DNA of 64,000 nt from Marsupella aquatica (lineage: Eukaryota > Plantae > Marchantiophyta), in contig OZ316898.1 of assembly GCA_973895155.1 (NCBI GenBank), forward strand, positions 3,472,480 to 3,536,479, read 5' to 3'. A program made the position numbers and the translations under genes. Shown here piece by piece: positions 28,282-38,571 of this stretch; the stretch's first letter is position 1; every line of letters begins with the position of its first letter. A model generated the notes under the pieces. That model was not told the origin of the DNA. It did no database searches and was given only the letters and a program-made list of their open reading frames with translations.

Positions 28282-29059
28282 AGCAAAGACCTCTAAACCG
28301 AAATGCAAGGAACATTCCGCATGTATAAAGGACCTGTCCATCTTGAACGCAACGTAAGTTGTCCCTGCTGATTTCCCCGCTCGTCCGTTTGAAATCCTGT
28401 CACACACAGAGGATCAATGAGCAGCGCCTGTCCACTTGCGTGCAAACTAATCCCTGGATAAGAAATTTCAAAATAAAGAAAACACAACCGCGCCATTGAA
28501 TCGGTTTGAATGACAACATCCCACAACAAAGAATCACAGCTCAACATTAACACCATCAACAAAAATCAGAGCAGAAATCAGTAGCTCCCGCGCCCTCCCA
28601 AGAAAGCAAAAGTTGAATCCGTCGAATAAGCGTCTTCGTCAGAAATCCAATTGATTTGAATGGCAGCATCCCATAGCAACGAAATGGCAATTGATTTGAA
28701 TGGCAGCATCCCATAGCATCCCATCGCCATCAACAACACGCGATCAGAGCAAAGCTCAGTAGCTCTAGCGCCCTCCCCCGCAAGTGCAATCCGTCGAATG
28801 AGCACTTTCATCAACTTTGCATTGTATTTACGTTTGATGCGCCGCTCCCATTGGCTGCACTGGTGATTGCCGGTAAACTGCAGACTAAAACCTGATTACG
28901 CACGTTAATCAGGATTTAGCACCCCTGTTACCGGGATTAACCGGGGCTCACAAGTTACTCCCGACACGCTCCCGGCTTCCGCCGGTCGCGGGTCGGTCGT
29001 AACTTGGTCGCCCCGTTACTCCCTGGTAACAGGCGACTAAAGCCTGATTATCCTATACA

Positions 29060-29840
29060 TAACTTTTGTACCAAACAAAGGTTACTAGTAAGTAACAATT
29101 TATATTACATGCGGCTATTCTCCGTAACTTTGTGCCCCTAAATTTCGAGTTGGATGACCATTTTGGGGACAAAAAGTGAGCACAAAAACCAATGTCTAGG
29201 TTTGGGTTCTGGTCATAACCTTGGAACCAGATATTTGAAAATGCTTGCCGATTGCCACCCATCAGTCTGCCCCCTCATTCCAAACTCAGGTCACAGCCTA
29301 CTGTGGTAACCCTTGCCCACACGTCGATTACTCTAGATGTAACTTTTGTGCAGAACAAGGTTACCAGTGGGAAACCGATTCTAGTCCATACTCATATTCT
29401 CAAAATCTTGTACTTAAAATTTATAGTCTGGTACTTTTAAGGGAAAACTTTGCACACCAAAGTTGATGTTTGAGGGGTTCTGGTCTAGAACCTTGTAACC
29501 AGAATATTTGAAAAGGCCTGCTAGTTGCTGGTTCTCACATTTGGGACACATTGTACAACCTTGTGAATCCTGCCCATACTTCTGTTATTCTAATAGGGAA
29601 CTTTTGTATGGAACAAAGGTTATGAGTGGGTCACCATTTCTGTTCCTTGTTGCTAGTCTCATGGGCTCGTGCTATAAAGTTTTTAGTTGGTAATGTACTT
29701 CCAGACCACAACCCACATGAACCTCTGTTCCGAAAGGGATATGTTTAGCCTAGAACCCTGTGTCTTGAATGTGAGAACAAGACCGACCAATGGTTTATGA
29801 ACAGCTGGCCCACACCTAGATTATCCTATGCATCCACCAA
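29060..29840. repeat. Units 2-4 of the palindromic-site repeat array (sites at 29060-29084, 29340-29363, 29598-29622)
   Basis: TAACTTTTG-TACCAAA-CAAAGGTTA; TAACTTTTG-TGCAGAA-CAAGGTTA; GAACTTTTG-TATGGAA-CAAAGGTTA. Each is followed by homologous unit sequence. Confidence 0.8.
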
Positions 29841-30636
29841 GAAGGGTAGCAATCCCACACCCTCCCAAGTCCATCTTGTGTGGATTTACTGACGGTGGTC
29901 AACTCAACCGCCACTATCCATTTCTAAAACTATAGGACATTATAGTATAGTATAACTAGCCCAATGTCTGTGCGTTGCACTAAAGACGTTGAGATGAGAA
30001 AAGATATGGAGATGAGCAAGAAGAGAAACCATGGCCAGGTGAGAAAAATATGTAACAATCAAAAACAGGCAAGGAGAGAAAGAGAGTGAAGGAAAGAAGT
30101 TGTGATGAGATAAATATGTCAAGGTGAGAAAAGGGTGGCAAGCTGAGAAAAAGATGATAAGAAATCAATGTGAGAAAATGTCGAGGTGAGATAAAGATGT
30201 TAATGTGAAAAAAAATGTCAAGATGAGAAAACAATGTCAAGGTAAAGTTGTTGAGGAGAGATAAATATGTAAAGATTAGCCCAATGCTTGTGCGTTGCAC
30301 AAAAGATGTTGAGGTGAAAAAATATGTCAAGGTGAAGAAAAGATATCAATGTCAAAAAGTTCACGATGAGAGAAAAAGATGTCAATATGAAGAAAACATG
30401 TTGGTGTGAAAAAAGTTGTTGATGTCGTGACATATAGTATCGTAGTCATAGTGTATCGAAAACATACAAAGCACTGGCAATGCACATGTGCAAGCTGCTA
30501 GCAACCAACATGCATAGAAAAAGTCTCATCACATTTACAAGTGCCAAGAAAAAGCAAATGAGGTGGTATGTACGTAGTGGAGGTGTAAACCTTTGTATCC
30601 CCCCAGACCACAGCCAAAAGGAGGGCTGAAGAAAAT

Positions 30637-30800
30637 TCAGGTAGCATGCGAAGCACAGGAAGGGCAAAACCATAACCCTTCTGGCACCTGGGTAAGTTCA
30701 GGCCGAAGGCAGAAAAGATGGTACCCTCCATTGCAATTGTCACACAGCAGCATCTGGTCAGCATCGTCAATTCGCAAACATACTTTGCAAGGGTAGTCCA
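30637..30800 (-). pseudogene. PHD finger at the integrase C-terminus
   Basis: CKVC...LLCDNCNGGYHLFC...VPEGLWFCPSC is a C4HC3 pattern with the conserved W. Confidence 0.92.
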
Positions 30801-32120
30801 TAGGTGGAATCCAGGTAGAAGTCACAATGGTGGGATCCAGGTTAGGTAGATGACAAGGGGCGCAATTCTTGGCATTATCAGCAATTATGCGCCCATCTGC
30901 CCCTTGTAACTCTAGCACTCCAGACGGTCGAATAGCTTTAACCCTGAGAATAGTACGACTAGTAGAGGTGTCCAGGGTGTCGTTAGCTTGCCGTTGCAAG
31001 TACACAAAATCTCCCACATCAAACTTCCTGACCTTGGGCTGAAAAGTGCCCCCTCGTGTGTGTGCATAACGCAGTGTGTCTCTGTGCTGTGCAATGGCCA
31101 AATTCTCCATGGCCATGGGCATAACCCTCCTGAATAGGGCAGCCCTCTCGGAGATCACATCAGACCAAGTCACAGCTAAATCCAAGTCCACCACCTAAAG
31201 CATGTGAGCAGCAATAGCAGAAGGTGGAATTGGGTGACGACCAAACAGCAAGAAGTAGGGAGAAAAGTTAGACAGTGATGCATGTCTAGACATCCTATAC
31301 CCCATGGCAATGTAGGGAAGGCCAGGTCCCAATCCTCCTTGTTTTTGGTGAGGCAGATGTTCCAAAGGCCCTTCTTGCATGTCTGAACCATGCGCTCTGC
31401 CAAGCCATCTGCCTGTGGGTGATCTCGTGATGTCCGGCGATGATCAATGAGGGCCTGATCAAGCAGCTCCTGGAACTCTCCTCTAAACTTTGAGCCCTGG
31501 TCAGTGAGACATTGTGCACAAGCTCCAAAGTGACTGAGAACTTGTTGCAGGAATGCATGGCTGGTGCTACGGGAGGTCTTATCCGGCAATGCCACAAGTT
31601 CTGTCCACTTGGAGAAATGCTCTATCATGATCATGATGTAGAGATTACCCCGAGATGTGAGGGGCAATTCTCCAGCCAAATCACATGACCAATGATAAAA
31701 CATGCCCTGAATAGGGAGTGGATGAAGTGTGGGTTGCCGAGATGTGAAAGAAGTCCTTACCCTATCACACTGCTCACACCGGGCAATAACATCTCGAACC
31801 TGGCCATGCATGCCTCTCCAATGATAATGGGGGACCAAGAGGCTATAAGTCCTCTTAACACCAAAATGACCAAGCTCATAATGTACCTTACGGATAAGGC
31901 CAACCCTCTCATGAATGGGTGGAACCACCACTTCCCTGTCTGGCAAGCAGCGCACAAGATGATCTCCCTTCCACAAGTAGCGCTTGGACCTTTGCTGAAT
32001 TCGGTCTCTCTGGGCAGCGGTAACATGGGTGGGGTACTCCCCATGCTGCAGAAATCTCAGAGTGTCGTTGTCCCCCCATATGTCTACCACAGGTTGGTCA
32101 ACAACGTAGCATGGCAGCAA
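30800..32120 (-). pseudogene. Retroviral-type DDE integrase (frameshifted)
   Basis: HYELGHFG...CEQC zinc-binding HHCC; WSCDL, LTDQG, DGLAERMV; C-terminal FDVGDFVYL. Confidence 0.93.
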
Positions 32121-32199
32121 AGCAAGATAAGTAGATGTATGAAATGTAGGCAGGATGGAAACCTGGTCAAAATCCTGCCGTGCATCTGAGGAATCATCA

Positions 32200-33620
32200 G
32201 AGGCAATCTAAGGGCTACGGGACATAGTGTCAGCATTTTGATGTGTCACACCAGGCCTATGAATTACCTCAAAATCATACTCCTAGAGTATGAGCGCCCA
32301 ATGAGCAAGCTTGCCAGTAAGCTTGTCGTTGGTCATCAACCACTTCAAGGGCTGGTGGTCGGTGTAGAGAACAAACCTGGTCCCATAGAGGTAGGGCCTG
32401 TAATGTATGACAGCCCACACAACAGCAAGGCATTCACCCTCATAAGAAGAATGATGAATCTCTGCCTGATTGTTGCTCCTGGATGCATAGGCAATGACGT
32501 ACTCTTTACCTTCCTCATCATGCTGGCCCAGAATGGCACCAATCCCAAGGGCACTCCAATCTGTGTGTAACACAAAGACCTTGCTGAAATCAGGTCTTCT
32601 TAGCACCGGGTATTCTGAGAGCTTCTCCTTCAAAGCGGCAAATGCTGCCTCAGCATCTGTACTCCATGTCCAAGTCACATTCTTTTTTAACAAAGCATAC
32701 AATGGGTGTGCAATGGAGCTGAAATCTTTGATGTAGATCCGGTAATAATTGCACAACCCAATAAAACTCCTCAAAGTGTGAACATCGGTAGGAGTCTGCG
32801 GGCATTTCCAAGATGGATACCACCTTGGCCCAGTGAGCCATGGTTCCATTTGGAAGAATGCGGTGCCCAAGGTATACTATTGATCTGACAACAAATTCAC
32901 ACTTCTTGGGGTGTATCTTTAGGTTCACCTTCTTAAGCCTCATGAATAGCTCCTCAAGGTCAAGTAGATGTTGGTCAAATCCTTTGTTGTGGACCAACAC
33001 TCATCAATGTAGCATTTCAGAAACTCAACACCTTGAAGAACCTGGTCCATGACTCTTTGAAAGAATATGGGCGCATTCTTCAAGCCAAATGGCATCACCA
33101 ACCACTCCCATAGTTGGTTACTACCATGGAAAGTTGTTTTCTTGCGGTCCTTTGTAAGCAACAAAATCTGGTTAAAGCCTTGCCTTAGATCCACAAGAGT
33201 GAAGATGTCTGAGTCTCCAATGCTGTCAAATAGCTCTTCTGGCCGCGGCATGGTACCTGTCCTGGGGTGTGACCAGGTTCAATGGCCTGTAGTCTCCACA
33301 CATGCGCTTCTCTGTCCACAATCCACTGGAATCCTTCTTTGCTGGCATCACTGTAGCTGCTGCAAAATCTGATGTAGATGGCTGAATAAGACCAGCTTCA
33401 TAGAGCTCTTGGCACCGTCCTCTCATCCACCAGTTGCCACTCATGCTTACTCAAACGGTGTCTTTGGCTAAAGATAGGTGTTTCATCAGCCAACTCAATG
33501 GAGAACTGCATGGTCTTGCACTTACCCAAGTCTTTCATAGAGAAAGCAAACACGTTCTCATGCTTGAGGAGCAAATTCAACAACTGGTCCTTCTGTCTTT
33601 TACTCAGGTGGTTGCCCATG
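32200..33620 (-). pseudogene. Reverse transcriptase and RNase H (several frameshifts and stops)
   Basis: KRMCGDYRPLN, DLRQGFNQI, VMPFGLKNAP, CYID, KKCEF, YLGH, RSFIGLCNYYR, LHTDWSALGIGAILGQ, YASR, EGECLAVVWAV, LYTDHQPL. Confidence 0.95.
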
Positions 33621-33703
33621 ATGAATGTATAGTTGGCAACACTAGGAATAGGACCTGATGTACTCGTGCTTGAAGAGCCAGAAGTGCCAGCCTCTCCATT
33701 GTC

Positions 33704-33990
33704 CTCGAGGGGTTAATTAAGTGTATATTTTGGGGTACCACGTGCGATCCTAGCATAATATAAATAGACCTATTTTATAAAGAAAATATTCCAAAAATAT
33801 TCTTCATTTTCAATATTAATAACCTATTTTACTTTATAAAAGGTATATATTAGAGAATATTCTATAAACATAAGTTTCTAATACCTTCTTTTGCCTCCCA
33901 CGTTTTTAAAAAATTTAGTTAATTTCTAGCAAAAATACATATTTTGGATCGCACGTGGTTCCTAAGATTTTTGATAGTCAACCCCCCGAG
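33704..33990. mobile_element. 287-bp MITE with 8-bp TSD (hAT-like TSD length), copy 1
   Basis: TIRs CTCGAGGGGTTAA / TCAACCCCCCGAG; TSD CCATTGTC at 33696-33703 and 33991-33998; AT-rich interior; second copy at 52195. Confidence 0.92.
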
Positions 33991-34269
33991 CCATTGTCCA
34001 AGCTGCTAGCATGCTGTTGATAAGGTGATGCGGCCTCTCCAAGGCCTATTGTATCTATTACTCTGGTCTGATCCACACCATGAAACTCAGAAATAATATC
34101 AGCCACATTACAAGGGACCTCCTCCCCCTAACACTTGGACTGAAGCAGTGAGTGTTGAATAGAGGTAAGTGCACTTGGTCTGGATGCCATGTAGCAGCAC
34201 CATGGAGTGGTAGGGCTGGAACTCCTGATGCTGGATGAATGGACATCTGAAAAAGCTAGGATGCAAGTG

Positions 34270-35205
34270 ACCAGAAGCCAAGTGAGAGCATTAAGATCCA
34301 TTACCCTGCCAAGTAAAGCATTCCTGGCTAGCCTCGTGATTTTGGTGTGGCCTGTAGTATCGGGTTGGAAGCCCATAGCCCGTTCTCTCTCCTCAGGACT
34401 AGGTTCATCCCATGTACCAATAGAATGTCAATAAACCAGGCCAGGACCATCACCCTTAAAAGCATGTGCACCTGGAAAGGACACAAATGTAGGCCAAGCA
34501 ACACGGGGCTGTCCAATGGTATTGGCTGGATACCAAGGTGCTGGCTCTTGCCGTGTAACTGATTGGCAAGAATTGTAAGGATCCAAAATCTGGTCCACTA
34601 TGAGGTTAGTGTCCCTGGATGTGTGGTGAAGAGCTAACTCCAGCAAGGAAGGTGGTGCAAGGTTAGTCCAAAAGTTACGAAGACGATGTGCATAAGAACC
34701 ACAATGCACTGCATCAATGAGAAGGGGTGGTCCCAAGTAGTGCTGGACCACACTGAAAATCCTCTTTGACCTATGGACGCTGGTCAAACTGAGATGGGGT
34801 ATTCTCAATGATATAACCAACAGCGAGGTAAAGGGATTGAGCCCAGGTGAGAACCTGAACCAATGCTGTGAAAAGGCCAGAATGAGAATCATGCAATCCA
34901 ACACCGTGACCAGCAGCTGAAAACCCTTGGCATTCCCAACTAGCTATGATAAAATCAAGGGAGCTAAGTGCCGGTGTTGGACAAGCTGGATATCTGGAGG
35001 GAAGAAAGAAAATGTAGACTTCCATGAACTATGTGGAAACTACTGGGGAAATTGCTCTGAAAATTCCAACAGACGGGATTCAGCCACTTGCCTTGCACCT
35101 GGATCAATGTCCACGTAGATGTATTGCTTCACCACCATGCCAGACAGTAGGAGAGCTTCCAGGCCTGTAGAAATGCCACCAAAAAGCTCAAGCAATGTAA
35201 GGCCA
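34270..35205 (-). pseudogene. C5 cytosine DNA methyltransferase domain inside the retroelement polyprotein, between protease and RT
   Basis: Motif I LELFGGISTGLEAL; II YVDID; IV LDFIIASWECQGFSAAG (catalytic Cys kept); V DSHSGLF; VI YIIENT; VIII DAVHCGSYAHRLRNFWTN; IX EPSPEERERAMGF; X LLGRVMD. All are in canonical order across three frames. Confidence 0.9.
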
Positions 35206-35539
35206 TCCGGAGGAGGAGTCCATGTAACTGGTGCGCTCAAGATTGGGGCTATTGGTTGTCCATTGTGCTGCCCAAGGTCCTCAAATTTGTGTAATGCAGC
35301 CACCAAAGGTCCATGGGCTGCTTGGAGCCGTTGTACCACCTCTGGTTGATGATCCACGTTGATGGAAAGTGCTGCTATATGTGTAGCAGCATGTGTAGCA
35401 ACCACCTCATCATCATCCTCCTCAATCCAATCCTGCAATGGGTGGTTGATGGAGGTAGCTGTGTGCACTGCTTTCAACACACAGTGGTGAGCCATAGGTG
35501 TATGAGCACCATGCAAATCAAGTGGAATATAGCCCAAGT

Positions 35540-35900
35540 GTGAGCCATCCGTATGCCAATCAACTCTATAGTATGCATGCTCATGCCAGTTGTCAATGGT
35601 AAAACCTGGTGGGAACAAAGCCTCCTGGCCAATGAGCATATCATACGTAGTGGCATTGGTAACTAAACATCTGACTGGGAAATGCAATTCCTGATCTGTA
35701 CCTCCATTAAAAGTGAGAGTGAGTAAAGTAGAACTCTCACCCAGCACATCCTCCACAGTGCCACTAGCAGTCCGAATGTGTCACCTGGATTGTTGTAAAT
35801 GATCAGTCAGCAGTCTCATCTTCTTGGCAAACTGAATGCCCAATATCACTGGTTGAGCGCCTGTGTCTAGCATGACCACCTGAGGAGTGTGACCCTCCAA
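35540..35900 (-). pseudogene. Retropepsin-like aspartic protease
   Basis: VVMLDTGAQPVILG and YDMLIGQEAL. Confidence 0.85.
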
Positions 35901-38318
35901 CTTGACCGCCGAATTCCTGTTGTCAACAATGGCAATGGTGGTGGAAACTAAAGTCTTGTCGCTAGGCACCACTTTTGGCAAATGATGAGGTACCTTGTGA
36001 AGGGAGTTAGTGTCCACAATCTTTCCACTCAACAGCATAGCCAAGAAAGATGGAGCAGCATGACCAGAATCAAGTGTAGCTCTAGTCACACAATCTGCAG
36101 CAATACTATCATCTCTACCACTAGAAATTGGTACTGGTATAGCCAAACCAGTGGAAGCATGTAATGGAGAAGAAGAAAGTCCAGTATGTATAGGAGATTG
36201 GACCTCCAAAACCGGTGGCATAGGGGCTGATGAAGAATGCAGTGAGCCCTCTAGCGCTCTCATGACAACTCTAGCATCCAGCTGTAAGTCATGGCAACTG
36301 AAAAGTGGAATTGTAAGAATCCTTTGTGCCATATCGGAGGTGAAATGCTCAAGCAGCTCAGGAGAAACAACTCCATGTGAAATATCAGCAGCACCTGGTG
36401 GAATGGATGTAGTTGCAGCTCCCTCCCCCCTCGCCAACAAGGTGCGCTCTTCAGCAAGCGTGAGTGGCTGAAAAGATTGGGGCATGACAGCCCAAGCTCC
36501 CCTAGCTCTAGTCATAGGATCGGCAGCAAGACCATCAGCCTGTACAATGCGGCGTGTGGGAACAGTACGGGAGGCAGCACTAGCCTGCTGGTAAGCAAGA
36601 TAGGATGGGCAGAATGAATCTGAAAATTCTGCTGTAAGGCCAGGCTGTGTAGCAGAGGACAACACACATTCACCCATATGAGCATCAAATGGCAAGCCAT
36701 AGAAAGAGCGAGGTAGAGGTTCTGAACTATCAGTGGTGCCTGGGCCAGGGATGGGTTGCACGTGACCAGCTGGTTGAGAAGGACCAGCAGAGGCAGTTGA
36801 CTTGCCTTTGATGTGGGCAAGTTGGGCACGTAGGGACTCAACCTCATGAGTCAGAGATTGGAGTTGAGTTGCCTGTGCGTTGTGAGCCTCCTTCTGAGCT
36901 GGTTGCTTCTGTTGCTGCTTGGGCGATTTGTTGGCACCGGGTGCTTTGCCACTTGAAGGAGGAGCAACTGAGGCAATAGAAGTCCTCCTAGCTGGTGGGG
37001 GAGTGAAAGTAGGAAGAGGATGAGGGGCCTGCTGTCTTAGCTGCTTCCTCTCTGGGAATTTGGCAAAACAAACTGCCTCCAAGTGACCCACTTTCCCGCA
37101 AAAATCACAAGATAGGTCCTCAGCAACAATATCACATTCATTAGCCTTGTGATTGGGTTACCACAGTAGTTGCAAGATGGTAGCATAAAAGCAGCATGGG
37201 CTGGCTTGGTCTTGGAACCATACTGTGGCACATGGGAAGGGGTGGCCAGTGTAGGGGCAGCAGCCTGGTACCTGGATCGCGATGGACGCGCAATACTGGC
37301 CTCATAATGTGCATGGGCCAACTCAAGTTTCTCAGCAGTGTCATAGACATTAAGCAGGGTGTAGCTATCTCCAAACTCTGAGAATACTTGCTGCAACACT
37401 TGCCAATGGAGAGTTGGTGTGCCCTCCAATGCGCGAAGATAGCGATGAGCAGCTTCCAGGTCAGTGATGCTCTGGGTGTCCTCCTACAGCTTGAGAAGCC
37501 GGCGATACATCATCTTTAATGTTTCATCGCGCTGCCTCACAAAGGTGGCCAACTGCATGATTTTGTCAGCACTCTTGATTGGGAATTCCAATTCAAGAAC
37601 CTGGAAAAACTCAGCCACTGGATCAGCAAAGGCAGGGGAATCAATGGTGGGAGAAATGCCTGATGTAGCTTGTGCCAAGACAGTGGGAGTAACTGGTGTA
37701 GTGGTGGGAATTGGAGTAGGAGGGGATATATGTGGCAGGAGCAGCAACATGGGCTGCAATGGCATTCTGTAATGCCAGTTGTAAGGCAGCCGCAATTGCA
37801 GTGGCATAGGCAGGGTTAGGCAATTGTGTGACAGCAAGCAGCCATTGAGAATGCTGCTCATACACATCCAAAGCCTCGTGGTGCACATACCTGGCTAGCT
37901 ACTTAAATGCAAAAGCATTTGTGAAATTGCTGCCATACTTCAACTCCAATTCATAAATGACAATGTAGAAAGTGGATTTGAACTCACGCAAAGAAATAGT
38001 GCCTGGCCGCCTGCTGAAGCGTTTAATGCGTCTAGATGAGTGGCTAACGTCCATGCTGTATGTTGGTGAAGTAGGAACAACCACGGATGCAGAAGGGGTA
38101 AATGGCAATGAAGTTATAACAGGCTTTGGAGTAGTGGTGAAGCGACCGGCAAATTGAGCAGAAGGATTGCGTGGTGTGGGTGCTATTGCTGTTTGCGGAC
38201 GTCGTTGAAATTGCCGAGATTCCAATGAAATTGGCACCAATGGTCGTGGATCACTCCGTAAATGGTACCTGGGTGTCGGTGGCGATGTGCTGCTACCTCC
38301 CGGCTTGTCTGCTGACAT
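35900..38318 (-). pseudogene. Gag-like region with two CCHC zinc knuckles (~37066-37174)
   Basis: CNYCGNPxHKANEC (frameshifted) and CDFCGKVGHLEAVC; RQRDETLKMMYRRL MHR-like segment; probable ATG at 38318. Confidence 0.8.
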
Positions 38319-38571
38319 ACTGTGTTGCAATCCCAAATGTACCGACAAGGTGCAAATGTGTAAACACATAGAAAAACTGTCACCGTAAAAAAACTGTCGG
38401 AGAAAATTTACTTTTAAAAATGCAAATTTAGCCCCTTGTGCGTGTGCTGATGTATATGCCAAATTGACCGTCTGATGAATATGCCAGGCCCTCAACTTTA
38501 TGCAGATGACACGTGGCGGCAGCAAAGAAATCCGGAAAAATGGGCCCTTAAAAACGTAAACCTAGGGCCCC

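Noticed and set aside
24980-29622. Resemblance of the palindromic sites to lambda/Gateway att cores (vector contamination)
   Set aside because: They are not exact att sequences, lie within diverged genomic repeat units, and no vector sequence is nearby.
29940-30433. Phe/Ser/His-rich ORFs here and at 40793-41447 and 63128-63454
   Set aside because: Translations of the Helitron minisatellite body.
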